Positions 27,201 through 39,730 of a stretch of 64,000 nt of DNA are shown here, piece by piece. Source of the stretch: Mobula hypostoma (taxonomy: Eukaryota); contig NC_086097.1 in assembly GCF_963921235.1 (NCBI RefSeq), positions 135,038,001-135,102,000 on the forward strand, written 5' to 3'. Below the pieces are notes generated by a model. That model had not been told where the DNA came from, did not search any database, and was given only the letters and a program-made list of their open reading frames with translations. How positions within the stretch are numbered: position 1 is the stretch's first letter; every line of letters starts with the position of its first letter. A program made the position numbers and the translations under genes.

Positions 27201-27341
27201 AGAGACTCCTGGATAGGTACATGGAGCTTAGAAAAATAGAGGGCTATGGGTAACCCTAGGTAATTTCTAGGTAAGTATATGTTCGGCACAGCATTGTGGG
27301 CCGAAGGGCCTGTATTGTGCTGTAGGTTTTCTATGTTTCTA
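24293..27341 (+). mobile_element. 5'-truncated CR1 LINE inserted in a Rex-type 3' remnant (about 24220-24292 and 27342-27790)
   Basis: ORF1 end plus disrupted ORF2 (YFNARS, GDFNFP, FADD). (TTTCTATG)n tail. Possible TSD atcatacca/atcatgcta. Confidence 0.9.
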
Positions 27342-27963
27342 TCATGCTAGAAGTACAAAGAAAAATGGAATGCAGAATATAGTGTTACAGTTACAGAGAA
27401 AGTGTAGGGCAGGCAGACAACATACCATGACAAAGTAGTTTGGGAGATCAAAAGTTCACCCTTTCGTATACAAGAAGTCATTTTGATTATGGTTGGATGG
27501 CAGCTGTCCTTGAATCTGGCAGAACATGCTCTCAAGATTTTGTATCTTCTGTCCAATGGGAGATGGGAGAGAAGAGAACGGCTAGGATGGGAGGAGTTCT
27601 TGATTATGTCGGCAGCAGAAATGATGACAGAGTCAAATGAGGGGAGGTTGGTTTGGACAACGGACTGGGCGGTCGGTGTTCACAACTCTCTGCAATTTCT
27701 TACCATCTTGGGCAGAGCAGTTGCCACCTGGATAGGATGCTATCAATGCATCTGTAGAAATTGGCAAGAGTCATTGGGGGCATGAAGAAAACTGAGTGGC
27801 CACGTGGGATCTTTCCAGTCATCTGAGAGGACAGAGGGGCCTTGGTTTATAGCTCCATCAGAGAGACAGGACCAACAATATCAATAGTTCAGCACTGCAT
27901 CAAACTGTATGAGGAATATACAGCTAGTGCATTAACCACTATGTCACTATTGAGACAAGCCTA

Positions 27964-28493
27964 CAGTACTGTGCAAAAGTCTTAAGATATACACATACAT
28001 ACGCCTAAGACTTCTTCACAGTACTGTAGTAATATTGTATTGTACTGCTGCACACAACAAAAACAAATTTCATGACATATGTGAGTGATGATAAACCTGA
28101 ATCTGATATGGGTCTCTGTTGTGGACTGAGAGTAGGAAAAAGGCAGGAAGAGGGGAATCATGGTTGGGAAAAATGGAAGGGAGAGGGGAGGGAGCGGAAG
28201 ACAGAGAGACATTCTGTAATGATCAATAACCAATTGCTTGGAATCAAATGACCCTGCCTGGTGTCTCAGGGCTGGGTGTGTCTGCACTCACACCACTCCC
28301 AACCCTGGCACTCCTTCTCTGCCACCTGTCCCACACCCCTCCTGCAGCACTCCACTCTCGCCATTCACAATATCCTTGGCTGCCGCCAAATTTACAAACT
28401 CGCTCTCTGCTCCACATTGACAAATACAATACTGTGCAAAAGTCTTACACACCCTAGCTATATATATGTGCCTGATACTTTTGCACAATGCTA
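27964..28493. mobile_element. Composite non-autonomous Tc1-type element bounded by two complete palindromic MITEs
   Basis: Units 27964-28026 and 28427-28493 each carry CAGTACTGTGCAAAAGTCTT and its inverse, at TA sites. About 400 bp of cargo lies between them. Confidence 0.8.
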
Positions 28494-28980
28494 CATTTGT
28501 CTAGGTGTTGGCAATGAGGGAACCTTCAAAATCTTTGACTGATGAATATTGCCTAAACATGACTCTCACACTCAGCCAGAAATTCTGTTGGAAATGTAAA
28601 TATTGAGGGAAAATAGGATCCGATTCATCTGTGTTCATCTGCAAAAGAGAAGGCCTGATGACTCATCAGGCAGTCAAAAAAAAAAGGAACCGGAGGAATT
28701 AGATTCAAAAAATATCCAAAAGAGAAAGGAGCAACTACTGGAAGGAATTAAATTGGCAGCCTGAATCTCTCAGATGCTGGAGCTTTAGTGCTGTTGTCCT
28801 AACCATTCCATAAGATACAAGACACAGGAGCAGAATTAGACCATTTGGCCCATCAAGTCTGCTCCACCATTCCATTACAAGAGAGCACTGCATCTTAAAA
28901 TTGACTCTTTCCTCCTTCTTGTAATAGGTCCACTGAAACCCTGTGTATACTTTGCTTTAAAATGTAGTTCAAATGGTGTA

Positions 28981-30045
28981 CAGTGGATTCTGGTTAACTG
29001 AGACACATTGAGACCAGTACATTTTGGCTCAATGAAGTGGCTGCCCCAATTAGCCAAAGTTTCATGGAAATAGTTGAAAATGTATTAAAAAAAAAGACAA
29101 ACTGCTATTTAACTGAGAAACAAGTTAAGTATTTAAATGAAATACAGAACAAATTAGAACACTACCAATCCTACGGATTGGCCTTCATATCCAACGATGA
29201 CAGGAAATCTGTGCAAGTGAGATTTTAAAGTGAAAAAGTCATTGCACTGTGGCAGTTCCACTCTCTCGACTTCGGAAACCCAGGTCCAGTGGGACAGGTA
29301 GACGTCACAACTGGGGTGTTCCCTGGTTGCAGTGGATAACCACAACTTCTTCTGTGCCTTGTCATGCTCTTTGCTCTCGACGTAGGTTGTAGAACTTCCT
29401 TCCTGGCTGTTAAATCTCACTGCAGATCTCATCTGCTTAGTCTGCCAGAGCTGAGTTTGCATGCCCCTATCTCACCGGGGTATGAGACCCACCAGCTACC
29501 TCACCTGGTTTAGCCCTCCATCAAAGCAGTGTTCCAGTGTGTGGCTGCTGTCGCATGCAAACGGCTACTTGGCACCACTGGTGCGAGCTGACTGTCCAGT
29601 GGGGATCAAAGGTAACATTCAAGATGATTGTCGATTCCTTCAAATTCTTCGTAGTTCTTAATTTCATTTCATTTTCACTTCCGGCTGTTTCTGGCATTTC
29701 CAAGTCTGGATGCTTGAAACTGTAGTGAGCAAAACAGTTCTGAGTTGTCTTGCTGCTTATTTCTCGCCAACAATCAGTGACAAAAATCACTGCTGTTTGA
29801 ACACAAACACACGCAACTGTTTGCTCTAAGCATGTGTAGCGTCTAATGGGCACACAATGTGCATGCGATTGACACTCGTTGGAAACTGCTCGGCAATGCT
29901 CTTCTGTCCTAACTAAGCAGTATATTGTCCTAAATAAACAAAAGGAATGCCAGCTATTTTCTCAAATAGTGTTTGTTCTTTAAGAGTTGTCCCAAATAAG
30001 TGGCTGCCCCGATTAACCGATGATCCACTTAACAACAATCCACTG
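28981..30045. mobile_element. pogo/Tigger-type non-autonomous DNA transposon
   Basis: TA|CAGTGGATT...AATCCACTG|TA. Minus-strand remnant WREISSKTTQNCFAHYSF resembles a Tigger transposase C-terminus. Confidence 0.7.
29178..29613 (-). mobile_element. RTE-derived non-autonomous retroelement nested in the Tigger-like element
   Basis: Interrupts the DNA transposon and resembles an RTE-clade 5'UTR. Family assignment is from recall only. Confidence 0.4.
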
Positions 30046-30328
30046 TATTTCCCTAGCGTTAGGGAACTTTGCATTGATTTCCAATATACAGCATGGGCAA
30101 CTTCAGTCCGAGAATCACCAAATATTGATGATTAATCAATTGCCTATTAGCATAACAAAATAACACAATCACTGAGAGTTATCATGCAGGCTAATAACAT
30201 TCTCAAACCCCTTGAGTTTAAATAACTATGCCATATCAGTTATAACACAATGCAAAATCACATTCGCGTGACTATCTGAACATGACATACAAGACAAAAA
30301 GACAATTTCAAGTGTTAAAAGGTGACAT

Positions 30329-30334
30329 TTTATT
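30329..30334 (-). promoter_or_regulatory. Probable NTAQ1 polyadenylation signal
   Basis: AATAAA on - strand about 430 nt past the stop codon, followed by a GT/T-rich tract (tgtctttttgtcttgt). Confidence 0.55.
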
Positions 30335-30762
30335 GAGTTATTTTACACTGTGCAATAACGAGACTTGAGGTTTCCATACAGAACAGATAGAATTGGTCCT
30401 TTCCTTGTGATACCATTGCACTAAGGAACAGTCAGTACTCAGTTCAATGTGCAAAGGTATAGTAAATGAATGTAGGAACCAGTTTATCACCACGTCTTCA
30501 TATAATGCTTAGAGTTCATTCAGGAATATTTACAATTTGAGGGCCTCTTTGCAAATCACATTTCCAATGGCTATCGCTTGAATTAGATTTTTATAAACTG
30601 CTGTATTCCTACTGCCTCAGACATTTTTTTAAATGCCTATTTTTGTTCAGTACCCAAAATACTTCCTGCCAATTAATTAAAGCTCTCTTATTACATTTCC
30701 TTCAAATCTTGCAGACCAAGGGCTAAGACTGGACTACTGATTTTTTTTTGTTATTCCAAATA

Positions 30763-30872
30763 TCATTGCTTTGTACTTCCAAACTGTTGGACAAATTCTG
30801 TGAAGGTATAAACATCGCCCCATCCGACAGCAAGATTCATACTGATGAAGTCATCCAAGTTCATTTTTGCCT
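30763..30872 (-). CDS. NTAQ1: NTAQ1 coding exon 6 (last)
   Basis: aaatctag|AG. (E)[35 protein letters not shown]. The six exons sum to 630 nt (209 aa + stop) with consistent phases. Confidence 0.95.
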
Positions 30873-31152
30873 CTAGATTTCAATCAAAATCACAACAGGT
30901 TAGTAGAGCAAAGGAAACAATGCTTATTATCAATTCTCTCATTAACAGAAGCAGTTTTACCTCATTTACTCCAGCAATATCCTTCACAGTTTCATCTAAG
31001 ATAAGCATCAAAGTGTGACTTAATTTGTTTAGCCTTGCAAACACATCAGATACCATGTCTTGTGGACAAGCAACAACCACTTAGAAAGCTACTTCAAGAA
31101 TCTCAATAATTTTCAGGACAAAGTTGACTCTCACTGCATCATCACCTTAAAG

Positions 31153-31234
31153 TAGGGATTCCCAACCATTTTTTTGTGCCATGGGCCCCAACCATTAACC
31201 CAGAGGTCAGTGGATCCCAGGTTGGGAACCCCTG
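31153..31234. mobile_element. 82-bp hAT-type MITE in NTAQ1 intron 5
   Basis: TIR tagggattcccaacc / ggttgggaacccctg. Flanks ccttaaag/ccttaatc. Confidence 0.7.
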
Positions 31235-31707
31235 CCTTAATCACTTGATGCTATGCAACAGTTCATATAGGCTTCTTCAAAAGCACTTCCTGAGTCTGCA
31301 GTGTCTTTCGCCTAGAAAAACAAAGTGCAGGGAACACCTTTTGTAAGTGCTGTACCTCTCTGGTTCACACTACAATCTCAAGTTGGAAAAATATTATTGC
31401 TCCTTCATCAGTGCCTGAGTCCAAGTCCTGGAACTCCCTCACCAGCAGGACTGTGGGAGCATCTTTACTACCAGGACTTCAGTGGTTTAAAGTGGAATCT
31501 CACCACCGCCTCCTCAATAAACACAAGCTTTTCCAGCCATCATAAATTCTCAGAATAAACAAGCAAGGGCCACATTACACACAGCTATACAGCTCAAGAC
31601 CTTAACTTCACCAGTACATTCCAGGCGTCAGTTATGTTAGAAAGGGTACATTAACTGCTTTTGGAATAGAGTGACTTAGGAACACTAACAAGTTTTATTA
31701 CACATAC

Positions 31708-31832
31708 CCGCAGTCTGAATACATGGATATGGTGGAGGAGCCATGCGCCACATTCCGTGAGCATCTTTCATATGTGATCGATCCGAAGCAAATGTCTTTA
31801 GGTACAGATCTGCTCTGATTACTCTCATTTTC
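31708..31832 (-). CDS. NTAQ1: NTAQ1 coding exon 5
   Basis: tttgtgcag|G...G|gtatgt. (R)[41 protein letters not shown], with the conserved FASDRSHM motif. 125 nt. Confidence 0.96.
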
Positions 31833-31855
31833 CTGCACAAAAATCACAGGACAGT

Positions 31856-32730
31856 ATGTAACGGGTGGGTTAGTAAGTTTGCAGATGACACAAAGGTTGG
31901 TGGCTCTGTGGATAGTGTAGAAGATTGCCAAAAGAAAACAATCAATATGGGCATAGAAATAGGTGGAATTTAACCTGGCTAAATGTAAAGTGTTGTATTT
32001 GGGAGATTAGATGTAAAGAAACAGTACACTGTTAATTGCAAGACCCTCATCAGTCTTGATATGCAGAGCTCCCTGAAAGGCCATACAAGTCAATAGGGTT
32101 GTAAGGAAGGCGTAATACATGCCTGCCTTTATTTGTCTAGGCTCTGAGTTCAAAAGTCAGGAAGTTGTGTTGCAGCTTTATAAAACTCTGGTTAGGCTAC
32201 ATCTGGAGGATTCATTTCTGGTCGGCCCATTAGAGGAAGGAGGTGGAGGAGTCGAAAAAGGTGCAGAATTTTACCAGGATGCTGTCTGGATTAGAAGGTA
32301 CGTGTTATAATGGAAGGTTGGTCAAACTTGGGCTGTTTTCTCTGGAGTGGCGGAAACTGAATGCAGACCTGATCGAGGTTTATAAAATGATAAAAGGCAG
32401 AGATGATGTAGAGAGCCATAATCTCTTTCCCAGGGTGAAAATGTTTACTACAAGAGGGCATGCATTTAAGGTGAGAAGGAGAGAATTAAAAAGAGACACT
32501 GTATGTTGGGCAGGGAGTGGTGGGTGCCAAGAATGCATTGACAGAGGTGGGGGTGGAAGCAAATACAACAGAGGTGCTTAAGAGGCTCTTAGATACATAC
32601 ATGAATATGCAGAGAATGGAGGGATATGGACCCGGTGCACGCAGAAAGGATTAGGTGTCATTTGCCCAATTAGTTCAGCACCACATGGTGGGCTGAATTT
32701 GCCTGTTCCTGTACTGTACTATACTATGTT
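31856..32730 (+). mobile_element. CR1 3' fragment abutting the NTAQ1 exon 5 acceptor
   Basis: GWVSKFADDTKV, LQLYKTLVRLHLE, TRGHAFKV, and CR1 tail. Confidence 0.85.
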
Positions 32731-33057
32731 TTATATGCGATGTTACAAAAATGTGGTTTCTGTTTCATATCGCCCTATCATTCCTTTCCACGTTACAGCC
32801 CCAAGGAACTCGGCATAAAAAGAAACAAGCTGCTATTTTTGCATTGATTCACTGCAGACCTATTGGAGTGGTTGAGAACCAGTATCATGTTAGAATTCCT
32901 ATCAAACAATCACGTTAGGTCTCCAATCATGAACCAAATTCCCACATGGCAGGCTATTATGGTGGGTTGTATCACATGGGGAGCATTTTAAATCTTGCTT
33001 AAATCTTATTTTGCCGTTGTTAATAATAAAGCTGATGTTAACAAAGTTAGTCTGAGC

Positions 33058-33551
33058 TTAGTGAGTGAATGAGGTCTCCAATCAGGGTTAACCACGGATG
33101 TTACGTCCTAGCTGTCTAGATATGCAAACCTGGGCACTGCGATATGGAGAGCAAGCCTCTCCATGTATCTGATGAACCCAAAGGAATGGCAAAGACTGAT
33201 ACTCTTTGGTACCAGCAGCGTCACAGGAGTTGCCAATCAGCATAGAACTCAACGTAGGACTGCCTTAGGGACTCTAGCTCTGAATTTTACCTCAAGGTTT
33301 ACTCCTGAAGCCTCCCCATGAATGGGTATAGCCGCAAGGCAGTGGAAGTTTGAGATCAGAGTTTTCCTTCTCTGAGATGAGCTGCCAAACACGGCTGATG
33401 AGCCTCAGCTGACCAAAGCGATTGGTTTTAAGGCACGAGAAACCTGCCTTTGCCCCTTCTCCTGTCAGTAGAAACAGTTGTACTGGGATTAGTAGCTAAG
33501 CTACACTTGAAAGTCAGGAGCTGGACTTGGTTATCAGAGGCTATTTGAGGC
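33058..33551 (-). mobile_element. RTE-related short retroelement
   Basis: Minus strand has ggcagctcatctcagagaaggaaaactctgatctcaaac, typical of RTE 5' regions (from recall). Confidence 0.45.
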
Positions 33552-34530
33552 TAGTCAGAGCTTTCCTCAGGCTAATAATGATATTTTTTGAAACAGGAGG
33601 TTGTAAACACTATTGACAGCTTTAAAAAGGACATTGCTGCTAGTCCAGAGTGCATTTCTCTGAATAGGATTCACAAAATGGACATCAACATGTTAACTAG
33701 AAGAATTTCTTGTGTACTTTCTGTGGGTTTGATGTGGCAAAATTCCAGCTAGTGTCAAGAAAACTTGCCTGCAGCCTTGTAGTAGGCATCAAATCCACCC
33801 AAATGCTCGCTCGTATGTACAGGCTGTATATAAGCCTGTATTTATAGGCTGGAGAGGATCTGTACAGGGATCCTTGGATTTGGTTGTGGAGGGAAAGTAC
33901 AGTTATGCAGCAGGTAGCACTGCTGCCACAAAACATACAGCATCCTTATATGCTGTACATTCTCAGGATCAGGTTTCGACTTGATGTAATCAGTTGTCTG
34001 TTGTAATTTACCCCTCAGTGCTGGTGAATGGCAGAAGAGCCAGAAGCAGTTAATGGGCACCTGCTTTACAATGAAAATCTGGGGGAAAGGATTAACAAGA
34101 TTTCTCTGAGAAGTGGCATGGATCTCATGGGCCAAATGGCCTACAATATAGTAAGAAAATGGTCTATAGCACTTCTGCATTTCAGCTACAATCACTTTCT
34201 TGGAAAGAACAAAAAGAAAGCATTTTAGTAGAGATGGAGCAAGAAAGTGGAAAATTTCTGACAAATTTTCAAAGCTCAGGAAGGTGCCTGCTGAGATTCA
34301 ACCGAATGATAGCAGCCTGTTTCCTTTTATTGGAGGTTTTTGGGCACATGATCCACAATGGTAGCAACCAGTGGCCTGGTTCATGAATCTGGAAACACAT
34401 TCAAATCCAGCCGTGGCACCTAGGAAATTAAAATCCTGTTAATTAAAGAAATTGAAAATAAAGAGCTGGTGTCAAAAATGGTGCCAATGAAACCACTGGG
34501 TTGCCACATTGTCAAGAGTGTTGACTATGG

Positions 34531-35264
34531 CAGTGGTCCCCAACTACCGGGCCACAAAGCATGTGCTACCGGGCCGCGAGGAAACGATATCAGTCAGCTG
34601 TACCTTTCCTCATTCCCTGTCACGCACTGTTGAACTTGAACATAGGGTTGCCAACTGTCCCGTATTTGCTGGGACATCCCGTATACTGGGCTAAATTGGT
34701 TTGTCCCATATTTCCCCCGCTAAGGTAGAGCATTCCTATGAAACCTTTCGTGCCGAAATGGTGTGAAGCGAAGAAGCAATTACCATTAACTTATATGGGA
34801 AAAATTTTTGAGCATTCCCAGACCCAAAAAAACCTACCAAATCATACCAAATAACACAAAAAAACAAAAATAAATAACAACATATAGTAAAGGCAGGAAT
34901 GATATGATAAATACACAGCCTATGTAAAGTAGAAATATTGTATGTACAGTATAGTCGGGAAGATGAAGGCAAAACCGATTTGTGGGGAAAAAAATCGGCA
35001 CGTACGCACATGTGCACACAGGTACCCGTGCAAGGCTTCATGGTCACAGTAGTCTTTTCTGGGGTAAAGTGTCCCGGGATTTGACTGCTACTTTTGTCCC
35101 TTATTTGGGAGTGAGAAAGTTGGCAACCCTAACTGTAAAAGACATGTTGAGGTGAGTTTAACCCTACTTGAATCTACCCCCGCCCCCCACCTCCGGTCAG
35201 CCGGTCCGCAAGAATATTGTCAATATTAAACCAGTCTGCAGTGTAAAAAGGCTGGGGACCCCTG
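34531..35264. mobile_element. Non-autonomous hAT (Charlie/Buster-type) element with an internal second TIR pair
   Basis: Perfect 8-bp TSD GACTATGG at 34523-34530 and 35265-35272. Outer TIR cagtggtccccaac / gctggggacccctg. Inner TAGGGTTGCCAAC...GTTGGCAACCCTA spans 34643-35131. Confidence 0.9.
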
Positions 35265-35456
35265 GACTATGGTATGAAAATTACTGTCCTTCCCCAGCCT
35301 GGCCTCCATGAATCTCTACTTTGGTCTCTGAGTTAGTTCAGGAAGCCACTCAGTATACTGGGAGACTTGAGAGGGAGACGAGAGGCCACTAGATGGGTAG
35401 GGGTGGTCAGTGATACCCAAATCCTGAGAATCAATAAATTTTAAAAAATTGCTCAC

Positions 35457-35605
35457 CGTCTAAAAACTGGTCTGATGAGCTCTTCAGATCGAAAGGCTTC
35501 TTTCACATAAATATCAAAAGAACAAGGAAACGGTAGTGTTGAATCCAAATCATAGACCTCACAGTGTTGTCCTCCACAATCGTGGAGCAGGATGACATGG
35601 TAATC
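35457..35605 (-). CDS. NTAQ1: NTAQ1 coding exon 4
   Basis: atcag|GAT...CG|gtgagc. DYHVILLHDCGGQHCEVYDLDSTLPFPCSFDIYVKEAFRSEELIRPVFR. Completes the WDYHV signature and carries the catalytic His and Asp. 149 nt. Confidence 0.96.
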
Positions 35606-36303
35606 CTGATTTAAAATACACCATTGTAAAGATTGAATGAAATGTACCAAGTAATTGCCATCATTAATACAGTTAGAATTTTTGCTTACTTGTTCTTAGC
35701 CAGTGAATTCCCCAAAATACCTTGAGTTTTTGTACAGTTATTGTGTAAATTATTATTGGAAAGTACAGCCTCTATTCTGCCAAAGAGTACAAAGAGCTAC
35801 TAAATGATTAAAGAGAAAAACCACCTTTAGATGGTATCTGGTGCCTAAGTAGAACCAAATTCATTTCACCTGTCACTCCATTGATTGTTGAACTATTTTG
35901 GCACCTAGTCCAGCACTCTAATTCCTCCAAACCCTTATTCCTACTTCATCCAGTGCTAAAAGTCTCCAGCCTCTATTATCTCCTCCCTTTCCTACAATAA
36001 GATTCTCTTCAAGTCCTACCTCTTTGCTCCAGTTATTGCAGAGCCATTTCTTGGAAACCACAGTTTTGTTTTATTAATACTCTTTATAAGATGTGTACTT
36101 TTTAACACTCGTGTTTTTCACAGTATGTAGTGGTTCATCCCCACTCACTGGCAGAAAGCAGTATAGCAGTTAAACTAACGGTTTATCACCCTTCTCATTT
36201 TTCATTGACTAAGTATTAGCACATTACTCACGTGATGTAACTGTTTTAATTATGTAGCCTATTAATTAGTTTATCCTTCAAGGAGTTTCCCTTATCTCAC
36301 CTA

Positions 36304-36660
36304 TAAAGACTATAAGACATATGAGCAGAATTAGGCCATTTGGCCCATCGAGTCTGCTCCACCATTCAATCATGGATGATCCTGTTTTCCCCTCCTCAGC
36401 CCCACTCCCTGGCCTTCTCCCCATAACCTTTGATGCTGTGTCCAACCAAGAACCTACCAAGCTCTGTCTTAAATGCACCCAGTGATCTGGCCTCCATAGC
36501 TGCCTGTGGTAACAAATTCCACAAACTCACCACTCTCTAGTTAAAGAAGTTTCTCCACATCTCTGTTTTAGAAGGATGCCCCTCTATTCCGAGGCTGCAC
36601 CCTCTTGTCCTAGACTCCCCCACCATGGGAAACATCCTTTCTACATCTACTCTGTCTAGA
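36304..36660 (-). mobile_element. CR1 3' fragment
   Basis: CR1 3'UTR and TCTTAT tail on the - strand. Confidence 0.75.
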
Positions 36661-37327
36661 TGGTGGATTTTTCAGAGGTGCCATCTCTATTCCTTTGTCT
36701 TCGCATCCATAGACCTCTTAGCATCGTTTCTCAGCTATTTAGTTTGCTTCATATTTGTATATTTGTTTGTACTCTAAAATAACCTGAAATCTTAGAATTA
36801 AGACTGCTCATTATTCCTGACTCCCAGAACACATTCAAAGTTGGCACACTGCAGGACTAAGAACTGAAGACCTGGACCATTCGCCTACAGACACCAGTTC
36901 AACTTCCTGCTGGGGACAGCTGGGGTATTTTAATTCAAATAAATAAATAGATCTGGAATGGTAAATAAACAGCCTGGAGGACAATGTACTGTACATTATG
37001 TTGACTGATATTCTTCAGCAAAAAGCATGTGGTGTCCTTACCCAGTCTGATCCATGAATAACTCAGTCCAACTGCCTTCTGAATTGGCCCAACAAGCTGC
37101 TGAAGTTCGGGGCAGTTCAGGGAGGCCAATAAGTGCTTGATCAGCCAATAATACCATATGGCATGAATGAATAAAAAAGGATCACACAGACCATTGTTTA
37201 TTTCTTCAACTTGACAATAATTAATATCTCATTCCTCTTCTGAGAAGTAATTTGATAGACTCTCTAAATACATATTATTGTAGGTGTTTCTATACTAATT
37301 TGTGCCTTGAAAAAGTGTATCTGGAGC

Positions 37328-39730
37328 AGCACATACAAAATGCTGGAGGAACTCAGCAGGTTAGGCAGCATCTATATAAAGGAATAAACAGAGGATGTTT
37401 TGGGCTGAGACCCTTCATCAGGATTGGAAGAGAAGGACAAGGGATCCAGAAAGAGAAGGTGGGGGGGAGGGGTAAGAACACAAGCCATGTGGGTGGTGGA
37501 AGGGGAATGAAGTGAGAAACTAGGAGGTATTAGGTGGAAAAGGTCAAGGGCTCAAGAAGGAGGAATCTGATGGGACAGGAGAGTGGACCATGTAAGAAAG
37601 GGAAGGAGGGGCATCATGTGGAGGTAATAGACAATTAAGGAGAAAAGACGAGGTTAAGAGGGGAGCCAGAGTGGGGAACAGAAGAAGAGGGAAAAAGGAA
37701 AAAGAAAAAATTACCAGAAGGAGAAATCGATGTTTATGCCATCAGTTTGGAGACTACCCAGATGGAATATCAGGTGTTGCTCCTTCAACCTGAGAGTGGC
37801 CTCAATAAGGGCTGTAGAGTAGGCCACAAACCAACATGTCCGATCGGAGGCCTTCAGAAGGCCTTTGACAAGGTGCCACACAAGGCTGCTTAAGAAGCGA
37901 TGAGCTCTTAGTATTACAGGAAAGATCCTAGCATGAAAAGAGCAGTGGCTGACAAGCAGGAGGCAAAAAGTGGGAATAAAGGGAGCCTTTTCTGGTTGGC
38001 TGCCAGTGACTAGTGATTCTTTTTACATTATATGTTAATTATTTGGATGATGGAATTGATGGCTTTGTTGCAAAATTTGTGGATGACACAAAGATAGGTG
38101 GAGGAGCAGGTAGTCTTGAGGAAGGAGAGAGGCTGCAGAACAGCTTAGACAGATTAGGGGAATGGGCAAAGAAATGGCAGATGGAATAGTGTCGGTAAGT
38201 GTATGATCATGCACTTTGGCAGATGAAATGAAAGGGATGACTATTTTCTAAATAGAGAGAAAATACAAATAACTGAGGTCCAAAGGGACTTAGGAGTCCT
38301 TGTGCAGGATTCCCTAAAGGTTAATTTGCAGGTTGATCTGTGGTGAGGAAGGCAAGTGCAATGTTAGCATACATTTCAAAAAAAAGGATTAGAATATAAA
38401 AGCAAGGATGTAATGTTGAGATTTTATAAAGCACTGGTGAGGTCTCACTTGGAATATTGTGAGCAGTTTTGAGCCCCTTACTTTAGAATGTGCTGAAACT
38501 GGAGAGGGTTCAAAGGAGGTTCATGAAAACAATTCCAGGTTTGAACGGTTAGTCATATGAAGAGCATTTGACGGCTCTGGGACTGTATTCACCGGAACAG
38601 AAGAATGAGGGGTGACCTCATTGAAACCTATTGAATGGTGAAAGGCCTCAATAGAGTGGACATGGAGAGGAGGTTTCCTACGATGGGTGTGGCTAAGACC
38701 ATAGGACACAGCCTCAGAATAGAGGGGCGAACAGGGATGAGGACAAATTTCTTTAGCCAGAGAGTGGTGAATCTGTGGAATTTGTTGCCATAGATAGCTG
38801 TGAAGGCCAAGATTTTATGTATATTTAAGGTAGAGGTTGATAGGTTCTTGATTGGTTAGGGCATGAAGTGATACAGGGAGAAGGCAGGAGATTGGGGCTG
38901 AGAGGAAAATTGGATCAGCCATGATGAAGTGGCAGAACAGACTCAATGGGCCAAATGGCCTAATTCAGCTCCTATGTCTTATGGTCTTATAGTCTTATGG
39001 GAGTGAGATTGGAATTAAAATCATTGGTCACCAGGAAATTCTACTTGTTGCAGATGGAGCACAAGTGCTTGACAAAGCAGTTACACAAACATAGAAGAAA
39101 AACGTGCATTGGGACCACCGGATACATTTGACGACCTCAACAGATTTGCAATTGAAGTGTTGCCTCACTTGGAAAGACTCTTTGGGGCCACGAATAGAGG
39201 CAAGGGAGGGGGTGAATTGACAGGTTTAGCATTTCTTCTGCTTGCAGGGAAAGTGTCACAAGGGAGATTAGCGTGGAAGAACAAATATAGAGTTATGGAG
39301 AGAGCAATCCCTGCAGAAAGCAGAGAGGGTGGGGGGGAAGGAGTGATAAAACTGTGTTGGTGGTAGGATTCCACTGAAGATGCCGCAAGTTGTGGAGAAT
39401 GACGTGCTGGATGTGGAGGCTCATGGCAAAGAACACTATCCCTGTTAGGGTAGTAGGAAGATGGAAGATGGGGTGAGTACAGATGTCCGTGAGATAGAGG
39501 AGATGCAGGTGAGGGCAGCATCAATGGGTGGAGGAAGGGAAACCCCGTTATTTGAAGAACATCTCATGTTCTGGAAAGGAAAGCTTCATCCTGGGAACAG
39601 ATGTGGCAGAGACGAAGGAACTGAGAAAATGAAATGGCATTCTTACAGGTGACAAGGTGAGAAGTATAGTCAAGATGGCTGTGAAAGTCAATAGGTTTAT
39701 AAAAGACATCGTTAGACAGCTTTGCCTTCC
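37328..39730 (-). mobile_element. Degenerate Penelope-like element (RT thumb to 3' terminal repeat), split by a CR1
   Basis: Minus-strand remnants resembling FYKP.D.H..LDY.S, SQFLRL..IC and LSAFCRDCSL. The terminal repeat has a decayed hammerhead (CTGATGA..AAAA) at about 37391-37425. Confidence 0.75.
37846..38999 (+). mobile_element. CR1 3' half nested in the Penelope element
   Basis: FQKAFDKVPH-like and AKFVDDTKIG remnants. (TCTTATGG)n tail. Confidence 0.85.

Noticed and set aside
33395..33425. CTGATGA followed by a short GC segment, hammerhead-like
   Set aside because: No GAAA core and no convincing stems; lies antisense within an RTE-like repeat.
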